64,000 bases of DNA from an uncultured Gemmatimonadaceae bacterium (GTDB lineage Bacteria; Gemmatimonadota; Gemmatimonadetes; Longimicrobiales; RSA9). A program made the translations under genes and the position numbers. The stretch is taken from assembly GCA_964605205.1 (NCBI GenBank), contig CAZSBL010000002.1, positions 7,932 through 71,931 on the forward strand. Direction: 5' to 3'. Below the pieces are notes generated by a model that saw nothing but the letters and a program-made list of their open reading frames with translations, did no database searches and had not been told where the DNA came from. This document shows positions 1-10,258 of the stretch, in pieces (the stretch's first letter is position 1; every line of letters starts with the position of its first letter).

Positions 1-1678
1 TGGCCTGCCGCTGGTCCGGCGTGTCCTCGTACAGGAACGCGCTTTCCATCTCCTTCTGCCAGCGCGTGTCCTCGGGGTACGGCGGCCGCTCCGCCATCTC
101 CCGGGCGGCGTAGAGCTCCAGCAGCTCCGCCGCCATCCGCTCGATGGCCGCCTGCGTCTTCCGCTTGATCTTCGTCCACGTCTTCCCGCCGATCTTGTGG
201 AGCGACGGCGGCTTCCCGTCTTCCCGGTCGGGGACCCAGCGCTCGATAGCGTCGAGCCGGTAGACGGGCAGCCGGAGGACTTCGTCGCCGGCGTACTCGA
301 TGGCCAGACTCTCGATGGTGGTGCCGCCCACCTCCACGCGCTCGAGGCCGTGGAACCGGCCGATCCCGTGGTCCATGTGCACCACGAAGTCACCCGGCTG
401 GAGCTGGCTCAGACTCTCGATGGCGCCACCGCCCCGGAACCGACGACCCCGCCGGAGCTTCCGGGCCCGCCTGAAGATCTCGTGGTCGGTGAGGACCCGG
501 AGCGGGCGTTCGCCCTCCAGGACGAACCCGCCGGTCAGCGTGCCCAGCGCCAGCGTGGCGCCGTCCGGGAGCGCGCCGGGCCCGCCAAGAAGCTCCTCGA
601 GCCGCTCAAGCTGCCCGGTGTTGTCGCACAGGATCAGCGTCCGCTCGTCCCGGGCCGCGGCCTGCCGGAGCAGCGACTCCAGCCGCTCCGTGTCCCGCTC
701 GATGGCCTCCGGGGCCCGGGCGTCTACCCGGAGACCGCCGTCTTCCGTGCACCCGATCCGGCCGAACCCGGACAGCTTCTCCCGAACCTTCGCCGGGGGC
801 AGCAGCAGCGACCCGGCCGGAGCCGGGTCCCGGCCGCGCTCCACCTCCACGGCCCGGAGCTCCAGCAGCTTCTCCCACGCGGCGTCGAAGGCGGCGTCAT
901 CCTGCTGGTGCAGCTGGACGAGGATGGCGTCCCGGGGGAGGAGGTCCAGCAGCGAGCGCCTGGCCACGCCCCCGTCGCCGGCGAGCTTCAGGTCCACCGG
1001 CAGGATGTCCACGGCGCCGAGGGTCTCGGTGGAGCGCTGGTCCAGCACGTCGAAGCGCCGGATCGAGGTGATCTCGTCGCCCCAGAACTCGAGCCGGACC
1101 GGGTCCTCGGCGCCGAAGCTGAAGAGGTCCACGATCCCGCCCCGGGCGGCGTACTCGCCCACCTGCTCGACCAGCCCCGTCTCTTCGAACCCGAGCGCCT
1201 GGAGCTGCTCCCCGAGGTCCGAGGGCCGGATCTCGTCGCCCACGGCCAGTGTCATCCGCAGCTCGGCCAGCGCGTCGGGGATCCGCTCCCGCTCCTGGAT
1301 GGCCCGGGCCGTGGTGACCAGCACCCGGACGCGACCCGCCAGGAGCGCCTCCAGCGCCTCCACCCGCTGCCCGCTCACCTCCACGTGGTGCTCCTCGGCC
1401 TCGAACGGGAGTGCCTCCCGCTGCGGGTAGAGGGCGGCCGTACCCTCCGGCAGCAGTGCCGCCAGATCGGACTGCACGGTTTCCGCCTCCGGTGGGTCGC
1501 TGGCCACCACGATCCAGATCCGGCGCTCCAGCTCCGAGGCAAGGGTGGCGGCGAGCACGGCGGGGAGTGAGCCGGGGAGGTTCACCACGCCCCGGAACAT
1601 TCCGGGTCCCGGTAGCCCGTCGCGGAGGCTCCGGTACGCCTCCTGGCGGCGGAACGTCTCGAGGATCAGCGGGTGCAC
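1..1678 (-). CDS. mfd: Transcription-repair coupling factor Mfd, N-terminal ~559 codons; the 3' part runs off the left edge
   Basis: This gene is not in the ORF track because it is truncated. My reverse-strand translation reads VHPLILETF...GDFVVHMDHGIGRFHGLERVEVGGTTIESLAIEYAGDEVLRLPVYRLDAIERWV...LHKIGGKTWTKIKRKTQAAIERMAAELLELYAAR...FLYEDTPDQRQA, which matches the UvrB-interaction and CarD/TRCF regions typical of Mfd. The GTG start at 1676-1678 overlaps the upstream gene's TAG by 1 nt. The + ORF 197..1570 is its antisense shadow. Confidence 0.85.
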   Translation of the reverse strand, partial: MHPLILETFRRQEAYRSLRDGLPGPGMFRGVVNLPGSLPAVLAATLASELERRIWIVVASDPPEAETVQSDLAALLPEGTAALYPQREALPFEAEEHHVEVSGQRVEALEALLAGRVRVLVTTARAIQERERIPDALAELRMTLAVGDEIRPSDLGEQLQALGFEETGLVEQVGEYAARGGIVDLFSFGAEDPVRLEFWGDEITSIRRFDVLDQRSTETLGAVDILPVDLKLAGDGGVARRSLLDLLPRDAILVQLHQQDDAAFDAAWEKLLELRAVEVERGRDPAPAGSLLLPPAKVREKLSGFGRIGCTEDGGLRVDARAPEAIERDTERLESLLRQAAARDERTLILCDNTGQLERLEELLGGPGALPDGATLALGTLTGGFVLEGERPLRVLTDHEIFRRARKLRRGRRFRGGGAIESLSQLQPGDFVVHMDHGIGRFHGLERVEVGGTTIESLAIEYAGDEVLRLPVYRLDAIERWVPDREDGKPPSLHKIGGKTWTKIKRKTQAAIERMAAELLELYAAREMAERPPYPEDTRWQKEMESAFLYEDTPDQRQA

Positions 1679-3552
1679 TATGCCCTCCCCGTGGCCGCCA
1701 CGGCCGATTCGAGCACGAGCACCGACAGGGCGATGACCAGGAGCGCCACCGTCAGCTCCCCGCCCAGCCGCCGGTGGTAGATCACCTCCGGCCACCCGTC
1801 GACCGCCGCCGCCAGCACTTCGCCTGGCACGTCGGCCGGTGCCGACCGCGCCAGCTCCGACTCGGCGGCCGGCGGGTTCACGGCGAAGGCTGCGGTTTCT
1901 TCGTCGCCGGCCATCACCCGGTAGATCCCGGCCACCGTGGCCCGATACGGGGCGCCGGCCGCCACGGTGTCGACGGATCCGTCGGGCGTGACCACGGCGT
2001 CGCCCGTCACGGTCACGAGCTCGCCGGGCGCGTGGCTCCCGGACCGTTGGGGCGGCGCGAGCCACGCCAGCACCCGTTCCAGGAGCGGCAGCAAGGCGGC
2101 GGATGTGGGGATCGTCCCGGCCGTGGGCGTGAGGGGTGTGGCGAGGAGGACGGACCGGCGGTGGCCGTCGATCCCTCCCACGGCCCACGGCTCACCCGTG
2201 GCGAGGCGGATCAGGACCGTGTCCTCGCCGGGGCCAGCGACGTGGTTCAACCCGTAGACCTGGCGAAGCCGGACACCGCCCAGCACCCCCAGGTCGAGCC
2301 CCGTGGTGTCCAGCCGGGCCTCGCCTTCGATGGGCGGCTCGAAGCGCCACGGGATGCCGGCGTCTGCCAGCCGGCGATTCGCGGCCGTCCGCTCGAGCGG
2401 GGAGGCGGGTGGCAGCACGAGCACGCCGGCGCCGGCCCCCACGGCCCCGGCCCCCGCCGCGGCCGGGGCCACCATCACATCAGCGCCGTTGCCGGCGGTC
2501 GCCGGGACGCGACGGATCCGTCTCGCGTCGGCAAGGACGGCCAGTGCTTCTTCCAGGAACGGGAGTGGAACGGATGCCACGACGGGCGGTGGCGCTACCT
2601 CCACCACGAACCAGCGGCGATCATCGGCGGCCAGGGCGTCACGGTCGATCTCCACGTGTCCGGTGACCCGGCCGGCGGGCCATGCCGGGAAGGGGAGAAC
2701 CACTGCGGCGTCGACGGGTGCCCGGATCACGCCACGGACCGTGCCATCCACGATGAGGCGCACCGCCACCGAGTCACCGGTCCCCGCGATGGAGGCGGCC
2801 AGGGTGGACCGCTCGCCCGCCCGCGGCGGAAGGCCGCCCCCGACCTCGACCCGGGTCACGGCCCGGTTCCGTGGCGGCGGAGAAGTCAGCGCCAGCACCC
2901 GGATCGGCGGTGCGTCCGCCGCCCCGCCGCCCGAAGGGCCGGATCCGGGATCGCCGCGGAATCCCGTGGCCTGGAGGTCGCTCAGGAGGTGGATCTCCCG
3001 GGTGGCCGGCCCCGCCCCGGCCAGGATCGTCCGGGCCCGTTTGAGCACGGCGCCGAGGTCGACCCCGGCATCGGAGGGCCCGGTGGCCTCCACCGCCCCG
3101 CGTACTTCCGCGGCGGTGCCCCGGATGGCCGGTTCCCATGGCGCCCCGGCCCGGAGCAGCCAGAAGACGTCGTCGGGGCCGGCGTTGTCGAGCGTGATCC
3201 GGGCGGCCTCCTTCAGTCCATCCAGCACGCGGCGGTCCTCCACTACGGCGCCGCTGGACAGGGAGTTGTCGAGCACGATCACCACGGCGGTGGGCGGGTG
3301 CGATCCGGCGTCCCGGTCGACGAACGGGCGGGCGGCGGCGCCGGCCAGGAGGACCACGCCTCCCACGCGCAGCGCCAGCAGGAGCAGCTGCCGCAGCCGG
3401 ATCCGGGTGGCGTGCTCCCGCTCCGCGCGCCGCAGGTACCGGACGGCGGGGAACAGTATGCGGGGCGCCCGGTGGCGGTGCAGCAGGTGGAGGGCCAGCG
3501 GTACCACCGCCACCGCGCCGAGAGCCAGGAGGACCGGCGTCAGGAACGTCAT
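1678..3552 (-). CDS. BatA-type N-terminal double-transmembrane domain protein with a vWA-like region (aerotolerance/Bat family)
   Basis: The N-terminus MTFLTPVLLALGAVAVVPLALHLLHRHR...ILFPAVRYL matches the BatA/TIGR02226-type signature. It is followed by VVIVLDNSLSSG, a vWA MIDAS-like motif. A DUF58 gene lies adjacent. Confidence 0.7.
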   Translation of the reverse strand: MTFLTPVLLALGAVAVVPLALHLLHRHRAPRILFPAVRYLRRAEREHATRIRLRQLLLLALRVGGVVLLAGAAARPFVDRDAGSHPPTAVVIVLDNSLSSGAVVEDRRVLDGLKEAARITLDNAGPDDVFWLLRAGAPWEPAIRGTAAEVRGAVEATGPSDAGVDLGAVLKRARTILAGAGPATREIHLLSDLQATGFRGDPGSGPSGGGAADAPPIRVLALTSPPPRNRAVTRVEVGGGLPPRAGERSTLAASIAGTGDSVAVRLIVDGTVRGVIRAPVDAAVVLPFPAWPAGRVTGHVEIDRDALAADDRRWFVVEVAPPPVVASVPLPFLEEALAVLADARRIRRVPATAGNGADVMVAPAAAGAGAVGAGAGVLVLPPASPLERTAANRRLADAGIPWRFEPPIEGEARLDTTGLDLGVLGGVRLRQVYGLNHVAGPGEDTVLIRLATGEPWAVGGIDGHRRSVLLATPLTPTAGTIPTSAALLPLLERVLAWLAPPQRSGSHAPGELVTVTGDAVVTPDGSVDTVAAGAPYRATVAGIYRVMAGDEETAAFAVNPPAAESELARSAPADVPGEVLAAAVDGWPEVIYHRRLGGELTVALLVIALSVLVLESAVAATGRA

Positions 3553-3653
3553 TCGAGCGGTATCTGCGTCATGAGTGGGCTGAAGCTAACGGCGCGGCGG
3601 GGTGCGTCAACGCGTCTCCCCAACGGCCATTGCCGCGGTGGCGGCCGGACTCG

Positions 3654-4583
3654 CTAACGCAGCCGGTCGCGACGGCGGATGTAGTGACGCAACGCCAGGG
3701 CCATCGGCTGATCGGTCTCGATCACCGCGTAGTCCATCCCGGCGGGGGCCAGTGCATCACGCCACTCGCCGACGACGGCGTTCACCGCCGCCCGGTACTC
3801 CCGACGCAGCTCCGCCGCGCTTGCGGCCACCTCCGCTCCCGTCTCCGGATCCACGAACCGGGCCTCGCCCACCCCGGGCAGCTCCCGCTCCCCCGGATCC
3901 AGCAGGTGGAAGACCATGACCTCGTGGCCGGCGTGCCGGAGCCGCCGCAACGCCCGCCGCGCGGGCTCGGGGTCCACCAGGAGGTCGGAGATCAGGACCA
4001 CCAGCCCCCGCCGCCGGGCCCGGGCCGCCACATCGGCCAACGGTGACGCCGCGTCGGTCCCCCGGCCGGGCTCGAGGGCCTCGAGCGTCCGTACCAGCCG
4101 GTGCCAGTGGGAGCGGCCGCCCCGGGGCTCGATCCGGGTCCTTACCTCGCCATCGAAGGTGGTGAGCCCCACCGCGTCACCCTGTCGAACCAGGAGCAGC
4201 GCCAGCGCGGCGGCCAGCTGGCGGCCGTACCAGAGCTTTGATGGCAGCGCCCGCTCGTCGGAGCTCCACGCCATGGACGCGCTGCTGTCCAGGAGCAGCG
4301 TGGCCCGCACGTCCGTCTCTTCCTCGAACTGCTTCACGTAGTAGCGGTCCGAGCGGGCGAACATGCGCCAGTCCACGAACCGGAGGTCATCGCCCGGCTG
4401 GTAGGCGCGGTGCTCCGCGAACTCCACGCTGAACCCCCGGTGGGGGGAACGGTGGAGCCCGGTCAGGAGGCCCTCCACCACCCGGCTCGCCACCAGCTCC
4501 AGCCCGCCCAGCGCCGCCAGCTGCCCCGGCGCCAGCAGGTCCGCTCTCCGGCCGCCCGATCCGGGTGTGTCAGTGGATTCCAT
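3654..4583 (-). CDS. DUF58 domain protein (vWA-like, usually a MoxR partner)
   Basis: The sequence GLHRSPHRGFSVEFAEHRAYQPGDDLRFVDWRMFARSDRYYVKQFEEETDVRATLLLDSSASM is the canonical DUF58 core. Confidence 0.85.
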   Translation of the reverse strand: MESTDTPGSGGRRADLLAPGQLAALGGLELVASRVVEGLLTGLHRSPHRGFSVEFAEHRAYQPGDDLRFVDWRMFARSDRYYVKQFEEETDVRATLLLDSSASMAWSSDERALPSKLWYGRQLAAALALLLVRQGDAVGLTTFDGEVRTRIEPRGGRSHWHRLVRTLEALEPGRGTDAASPLADVAARARRRGLVVLISDLLVDPEPARRALRRLRHAGHEVMVFHLLDPGERELPGVGEARFVDPETGAEVAASAAELRREYRAAVNAVVGEWRDALAPAGMDYAVIETDQPMALALRHYIRRRDRLR

Positions 4584-4667
4584 GCCCCCAAGGTAGCCGG
4601 TTGTTCGGCGGCGGGGGGAGCCCGTACCTTGTCCGCTCCATCAGCCGACACTTTTGCCCGACAGCCC

Positions 4668-6218
4668 ATGAAGCGCATACTCCTGCTCCTGGCTCCCCTG
4701 CTCGTGGCCGCTACCTGTACCGGCGCCGGTCCGGACGCCTCCGCCGACCTCGGGCCCGCCGCCGAAACCATTACGGCCAGCGACGTGTACGACCGGGTCG
4801 CTTTCCTCGCCTCCGACGCGCTCCGGGGCCGCGACACCCCGAGCCCCGGCCTCGACTCCGCCGCCCAGTGGATCGCCGATGAGCTCGCTTCGTTCGGGCT
4901 CGAGCCAGCGGGCGACGACGGTTGGTTCCAGCGCTACCCGTATCCGGCCATCGGGCTCGACACCGAAGCCACCGTGCTCCAGGTGGCCGGCGGGCAGACG
5001 CATACCTTTTCCTACGGCGCCGACTTCTGGGCGTCCGCCGGGGGCTCAACGCCCGGGGACGTGGGAATGGTCTATGTCGGCCGGGATTTCGCCCACGACG
5101 CCGACGTGGCGGACCGGGCCGTGGTGGTCCGGCTTTCCGGCCTGACCGAGGAGGGCCGCCGGGGGGTGCGACTGGACCGCCAGGCCCACGCCCGGGTCTA
5201 CCGGACCCTCTCCCTGGCCGCCGAGGCCGGCGCGACCGCCGTGGTCTTCATCACCGACGCCGCGCTGACCGAGGCGGATGTCCGCGCCCTCGCCGACACA
5301 GAGCAGGCGCCTTCACGGGTATACGGCGAGCCGGAAGACGGAGTGCCGGCCTTCTTCCTCCGCCACAGCGCCGGGCTGCGGCTCTTCCGGATGGCCGGGC
5401 TGGACGGGGAGGCGCTCCTCTTCGAGGGGGCCATCGAGCGACCGATCCCGCTTCCGGGCGTCACCGCCCGGACCCACGCTCCGCGGCGGACGCTGGATGA
5501 CGCCCGGCCGCCGAACGTGGTGGGCGTGCTCCGGGGCAGCGACCCGGTCCTCGCCGAGAGCTACGTGGTGGTGACCGCCCACATGGACCACGTGGGCATC
5601 GGCCGCCCCGATGAGACCGGTGACTCCATCTACAACGGCGCCGATGATGACGCGTCGGGCACCGCCGTCCTGGTGGAGGTGGCCGAGGCGCTGGCTTCCC
5701 TGGAGACGAAGCCCCGTCGCTCGGTGCTGTTCGTGGCGGTGAGCGGTGAGGAGAAGGGGCTCCTGGGGTCCCGGTGGTTCGCCGACCATCCCACGGTCCC
5801 GCTGGAATCCATGGTCGCCAATCTGAACCTCGACATGGTCAGTCGGAACGCGCCCGACAGCATCGTGGTCATCGGGCAGGAGTACTCGTCGCTGGGTCCG
5901 CTCGTCAACAGGATCGCCGCCCAGCGGCCCGAGCTCGGGCTCACCGTGTCCGAGGACCTGTGGCCGGAACAGCGCTTCTTCTTCCGCAGCGATCATTTCA
6001 GCTTCGCCGCCCGGGAGGTCCCGGCCCTGTTCTTCTTCGCCGGAACCCACGAAGATTATCACAGGCCCGGTGACGAAGTGGACACCATCGACACCGACAA
6101 GGCGGCACGGATCGGGCGGCTGGTGCTCTACCTGACCCACGCCATCGCGAACAGCGAGACGCCGCCCGAGTGGGACCCGGAGGGGCTCGCGACGGTTCGC
6201 GAGCTGACCCGTCGCTAG
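4668..6218 (+). CDS. M28 family metallopeptidase with a PA domain, secreted or lipoprotein
   Basis: I re-called the start at MKRILLLLAPLLVAATC (signal/lipobox). The M28 zinc-ligand region reads VVVTAHMDHVGIG...YNGADDDASGTAVLVEVAEAL...FVAVSGEEKGLLGSRWF...HEDYHRPGDEVD. The track ORF 4410..6218 is over-extended at its 5' end. Confidence 0.85.
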   Translation: MKRILLLLAPLLVAATCTGAGPDASADLGPAAETITASDVYDRVAFLASDALRGRDTPSPGLDSAAQWIADELASFGLEPAGDDGWFQRYPYPAIGLDTEATVLQVAGGQTHTFSYGADFWASAGGSTPGDVGMVYVGRDFAHDADVADRAVVVRLSGLTEEGRRGVRLDRQAHARVYRTLSLAAEAGATAVVFITDAALTEADVRALADTEQAPSRVYGEPEDGVPAFFLRHSAGLRLFRMAGLDGEALLFEGAIERPIPLPGVTARTHAPRRTLDDARPPNVVGVLRGSDPVLAESYVVVTAHMDHVGIGRPDETGDSIYNGADDDASGTAVLVEVAEALASLETKPRRSVLFVAVSGEEKGLLGSRWFADHPTVPLESMVANLNLDMVSRNAPDSIVVIGQEYSSLGPLVNRIAAQRPELGLTVSEDLWPEQRFFFRSDHFSFAAREVPALFFFAGTHEDYHRPGDEVDTIDTDKAARIGRLVLYLTHAIANSETPPEWDPEGLATVRELTRR

Positions 6219-6252
6219 GCGGACTGACACGGACTCCAACACGAACGGACCC

Positions 6253-6468
6253 ATGGGCATTCGATTTCTCGACTCGCTTCTGATGCTCCTGACCGCCGCC
6301 GCCGGCGTCGGCGCGGCCTACTTCGCGGGCCACGCCCTCTCCAGCCACGCCGGCTGGGCCTGGATTACCGCCGGCGCGCTCGTGGTGGTGGCCGTCTTCC
6401 TCGGCGCCCTCACCAGCCGCCGGATCCGCGGCTACGCCAGAGAGAAGGGCGAGGAGATCAACCTGTAG
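6253..6468 (+). CDS. Small hypothetical membrane protein (71 aa, 2 predicted TM segments)
   Basis: It has two hydrophobic helices and good G/C third-position bias. No family was recognised. Confidence 0.5.
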   Translation: MGIRFLDSLLMLLTAAAGVGAAYFAGHALSSHAGWAWITAGALVVVAVFLGALTSRRIRGYAREKGEEINL

Positions 6469-6601
6469 ACGGCGAGCTATCCCGCGGCTCCCACGGGCTC
6501 GGGCCTCCCGGACGGTGGCCCGGTACCGCCCTTGCCGGGCGGCCCACGGCCTGTCAGGTTCACCACTCCGCAACTATCTCAATGCCACGGAGGCCCCCTG
6601 A

Positions 6602-7378
6602 ATGAAGAACACACTTTCACATCGTGCCCGCCGGTTCTCCGCCCGCGTGGCGCTCCTCCTCCTCCTGCCCATGATGGGGCTGGCCGCATGCGACGAGCTG
6701 ACCGGCTCCGATGACGATGACGGCATCGAGGGCACCTGGGTCCTGACGGAAGGCTCGGAAAGCGTCTTCCTCCAGATCACCAGCAGCACCGTCACCGTCT
6801 ATGATGGCGAGATCGACGACTGCTTCTATATCGAGACGTACAACCTCACACCCCAGGAAGGCGATCAGTACACGATCGCCGAGCCGAACTCCGGGTTCAG
6901 CTTCACCGTGACGATCCGCCGCGACGGGGACAACCTGATTGTCGGCTTCGAAAACGAGACGGAGGTCTACGAGCCGTCGGACCAGGACCTCTCCCAGCTC
7001 GAGGAGTGTGCCGTGGAGGCCGGTGGCGGGGGCGATCCGTCCATCACCTGTTCGGAGCTCCCGGCGATCTCGGTGGGTCAGGCCATCGACGGCGAGCTGA
7101 CCACCAGCGATGACATGTACGAGGGTCGCTACTTCGACCTCTACGGGCTCACGCTGTCCTCCGAGACATCGGTCCAGATCGACGCCACGTCGGACCCGGT
7201 GGATACGTACCTGTACCTCTACGAGGGCGACGGGACCTACATCACCGAGAACGACGACGCGAGTTCGGAAACGTTCAACTCCAGGATCAACACCACCCTC
7301 TCGGCTGGCTGCTACCGCATTGAGGTGACCAGCTGGGGTGATGGGGAGACCGGCGCGTACACGGTGTCCGTGAACTGA
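6602..7378 (+). CDS. Lipoprotein with a C-terminal pre-peptidase (PPC)-like domain
   Basis: The lipobox is LLPMMGLAAC. The C-terminal half, GELTTSDDMYEGRYFDLYGLTLSSETSVQIDATSDPVDTYLYLYEGDG...NDDASS...LSAGCYRIEVTSWGDGETGAYTVSV, matches the bacterial pre-peptidase C-terminal domain pattern. Confidence 0.65.
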   Translation: MKNTLSHRARRFSARVALLLLLPMMGLAACDELTGSDDDDGIEGTWVLTEGSESVFLQITSSTVTVYDGEIDDCFYIETYNLTPQEGDQYTIAEPNSGFSFTVTIRRDGDNLIVGFENETEVYEPSDQDLSQLEECAVEAGGGGDPSITCSELPAISVGQAIDGELTTSDDMYEGRYFDLYGLTLSSETSVQIDATSDPVDTYLYLYEGDGTYITENDDASSETFNSRINTTLSAGCYRIEVTSWGDGETGAYTVSVN

Positions 7379-7418
7379 CGCCCGGCACGCTGGTCCGGCG
7401 CGGCGACGCCGCGCATTC

Positions 7419-7468
7419 CCGGGGCCCGGCCTTCCGTTCGCGGAGGCGCCGGGCCCCGGCGTTTCGGG
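7419..7468 (+). terminator. Candidate intrinsic terminator after the PPC lipoprotein gene
   Basis: A perfect 12-bp stem pairs ccggggcccggc (7419-7430) with gccgggccccgg (7448-7459). It is followed by cgtttcggg, which is only a weak U-tract. Confidence 0.45.
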
Positions 7469-7591
7469 TAGCGCCACGGGACGCCGCGACCGGGTCGGTT
7501 TCCGGCCGGACCGGATTTACGCGCCCCTCGGACTCCCATTACCTTTCATGGCTGTCGTATCCCTGAAACGCTGAGCGAAAAGACGGATCGC

Positions 7592-9391
7592 GTGCGCATA
7601 GAACACATCCGCAACTTCTGCATCGTCGCCCACATCGACCACGGCAAGTCGACGTTGGCCGACCGCCTCCTGGAGTCCACGCACACGCTGGACAAGCGGG
7701 AGATGCGCGAGCAGGTGCTGGACTCCAACGAGCTGGAGCGGGAGCGGGGGATCACCATCAAGCTCCACGCGATCCGGATGGACTACAGGGCCCGGGACGG
7801 AAAGACGTACGATTTCAATCTGATCGACACGCCCGGGCACGTGGATTTCACCTACGAGGTCAGCCGCAGTCTGGCGGCGTGCGAAGGGGCGGTGCTGGTG
7901 GTGGACGCGGCGCAGGGCGTGCAGGCGCAGACGCTGTCGAACCTCTTCCTGGCCATGGACGCCGGGCTCGAGATCATCCCGGTCCTGAACAAGATCGACC
8001 TGCCGGGCGCCGAGCCCGAGAAGCGGCGCGACGAACTGGTGGATCTGCTGGGGTGCGAGCCTGACGACGTGCTCCTGGTGAGCGCGAAGGAGGGCACGGG
8101 CGTCGATGCGCTGTTGGAGCGGGTCGTCGAGCGGGTCCCGCCGCCGGAGGGCGATCCCGACGCGCCACTCCGGGCGCTCATCTTCGACTCCTTCTATGAC
8201 CAGTACCAGGGGGCGGTGCCGAGCATCCGCGTGGTGGACGGGAGCATCCGGCCCGGGATGAACATCACCTTCGGCGCGTCGGCGCAGGAGTACGAGGTCG
8301 ACGAGGTGGGCTTCATGCGGCTGGGCCGGGTCAAGCAGAAGGAGCTGACCCCGGGGGACGTGGGGTACGTGATCGCGGCCATCAAGCGGGTCACCGAGAC
8401 GCGCGTGGGCGACACGGTCCTGGACGCCGACAACCCCGCCGCCGAACTGCTGCCGGGCTACCAGGAGGTGAAGCCCATGGTCTTCAGCGGGCTCTACCCC
8501 ACCGACGCCGACGACTACGAAGAGCTCCGGGACGCCCTGGAGCGGCTGAAGCTGAACGACGCGAGCCTCCATTACGAGCCGGAGACATCCACGGCCCTCG
8601 GCTTCGGGTTCCGGTGCGGGTTCCTGGGGCTGCTGCACATGGAGATCGTGCAGGAGCGGCTGGAGCGGGAGTTCGACCTCGACCTGATCACCACGGTCCC
8701 GAACGTGGAGTACCACGTGGTGAAGACCGATGACACCACCGAGCTGATCGAGAACCCCACGGCCATGCCGGACCGGGGCAGCATCCAGCGCGTGGAGGAG
8801 CCGTACGTGAAGGCCCGGATCATGTGTCCGGCCGAGTACATCGGGAACGTGCAGAAGCTGCTCCACGACCGCCGGGGCGAGTACATCCACATGCATTACC
8901 TCGACTCGAACCGGGTCGAGTTCCTCTACGAGGTCCCGCTGGCCGAGGTGGTCCTGGACTTCTACGACAGGCTGAAGAGCGGCACCCGCGGCTACGCGTC
9001 GCTGGATTGGGAGCTCGACGAGTACCGGCCGAACCCGCTGGTGAAGCTGGACATGCTCATCAACGGAGACCCCATCGACGCGTTCAGCGTGATCATCCAC
9101 GAGGACAAGGCGTACGAGTACGGCCGGGACATGGCCAGCAAGCTGAAGGATCTGATCCCGAGGCAGCAGTTCGCGGTGGCGATCCAGGCGGCCATCGGGA
9201 CCAAGGTCATCGCCCGGACCACGGTGCGGGCGCTGAAGAAGGACGTCACCGCCAAGTGCTACGGCGGTGACATCACCCGGAAGCGGAAGCTGCTGGAGAA
9301 GCAGAAGGAGGGGAAGCGCCGGATGAAGCAGGTCGGCACCGTCGAGATCCCCCAGGAGGCGTTCCTGGCGGTGCTCCAGGTCGGGGAGTGA
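7592..9391 (+). CDS. lepA: Translation elongation factor 4 (LepA)
   Basis: The sequence [22 protein letters not shown]...[19 protein letters not shown]...LNKIDLP and the LepA-specific C-terminal domain ([12 protein letters not shown]...[28 protein letters not shown]) are present. Confidence 0.97.
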   Translation: MRIEHIRNFCIVAHIDHGKSTLADRLLESTHTLDKREMREQVLDSNELERERGITIKLHAIRMDYRARDGKTYDFNLIDTPGHVDFTYEVSRSLAACEGAVLVVDAAQGVQAQTLSNLFLAMDAGLEIIPVLNKIDLPGAEPEKRRDELVDLLGCEPDDVLLVSAKEGTGVDALLERVVERVPPPEGDPDAPLRALIFDSFYDQYQGAVPSIRVVDGSIRPGMNITFGASAQEYEVDEVGFMRLGRVKQKELTPGDVGYVIAAIKRVTETRVGDTVLDADNPAAELLPGYQEVKPMVFSGLYPTDADDYEELRDALERLKLNDASLHYEPETSTALGFGFRCGFLGLLHMEIVQERLEREFDLDLITTVPNVEYHVVKTDDTTELIENPTAMPDRGSIQRVEEPYVKARIMCPAEYIGNVQKLLHDRRGEYIHMHYLDSNRVEFLYEVPLAEVVLDFYDRLKSGTRGYASLDWELDEYRPNPLVKLDMLINGDPIDAFSVIIHEDKAYEYGRDMASKLKDLIPRQQFAVAIQAAIGTKVIARTTVRALKKDVTAKCYGGDITRKRKLLEKQKEGKRRMKQVGTVEIPQEAFLAVLQVGE

Positions 9392-9394
9392 CGC

Positions 9395-10258
9395 GTGCGT
9401 GCCGCCGTCATCCTCTCCACTTACAACCAGCCGCAGTGGCTCCGGAAGACGCTCTGGGGGTACGCGCGCCAGACGCACCCGGACTTCGAGGTGGTCATTG
9501 CCGATGACGGCTCCGGGGCCGGGACCCGGGCGGTGGTGGCCGAGGCCCGGGAGAAGTATTCGCCGCTCGAGCTCCGCCACGTCTGGCACGCCGACTCCGG
9601 CTACCGGAAGTGCGTGATCCTGAACCGGGCCGTCATGGCCGCCGAGGCGCCCTACCTGATCTTCAGTGACGGTGACTGCATCCCCCGGTCCGACTTCGTG
9701 GCGACGCACGTTCGCCTCGCCCGGCCCGGCGCCTTCCTGTCCGGCGGGGCCGTGCGGCTCCCCCGGGACGTGAGCGAGGCGATCACCGAAGACGACGTGG
9801 TCACGGGACGTGCTTTCGACGCTGGCTGGCTGATGGCCCGGGGCTTCAATCCGGGCCGGCACCGGCTGCGGCTCCTGGAGGGCGAGGCGTGGCCAGCGAC
9901 CCTGGACGCGTTGAGCCCCACCGGTGCCACCTGGAACGGCAACAACGCGTCTACGTGGCGGGAGATCGTGGTGCGGGCCAACGGCTTCGAGCACGAGATG
10001 GGGTACGGCGGCCAGGACCGGGAGTTCGGCGAGCGGCTGCGGAACCTGGGGGTGAGGAGCGTGCTGATCCGGCACCGGGCGGTTACCATTCATCTGGACC
10101 ACGGCCGCCCCTACCGAACCGAGGAGTCCATGCGAGCGAACCAGGCGATCCGGGATGCCACGCGGCGTGCCGGCACCGTACGGGCGCGCTGCGGGATCGA
10201 AGAGCTCGAGGCGGAGGCGTTCGTCGCCCCGTTGTCGGGCACGAAAGGAGCGGAATGA
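9395..10258 (+). CDS. Family 2 glycosyltransferase
   Basis: GT2 hallmarks are present: AAVILSTYNQPQWLRKTLWGYARQTHPDFEVVIADDGS...LIFSDGDCIP (DxD). The GTG start lies 3 nt after the lepA stop. Confidence 0.85.
   Translation: MRAAVILSTYNQPQWLRKTLWGYARQTHPDFEVVIADDGSGAGTRAVVAEAREKYSPLELRHVWHADSGYRKCVILNRAVMAAEAPYLIFSDGDCIPRSDFVATHVRLARPGAFLSGGAVRLPRDVSEAITEDDVVTGRAFDAGWLMARGFNPGRHRLRLLEGEAWPATLDALSPTGATWNGNNASTWREIVVRANGFEHEMGYGGQDREFGERLRNLGVRSVLIRHRAVTIHLDHGRPYRTEESMRANQAIRDATRRAGTVRARCGIEELEAEAFVAPLSGTKGAE

Noticed and set aside
197-1570. A 457-aa plus-strand ORF at the left edge.
   Set aside because: It is the antisense shadow of mfd. The minus-strand translation gives textbook Mfd motifs, while the plus-strand peptide is low-complexity.
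7517-10102. An 861-aa minus-strand ORF, along with similar giant ORFs at 15820-18189, 19413-21266, 41705-43795, 58194-60368, 5313-6260, 10111-11397 and 47753-49165.
   Set aside because: They lie antisense to unmistakable genes (lepA, acylase, pruA, glmS, cca/rarA and others). Their translations are Arg/Pro/Gly/His-rich low-complexity strings with no motifs. These are stop-codon-poor shadow frames expected in very GC-rich DNA.
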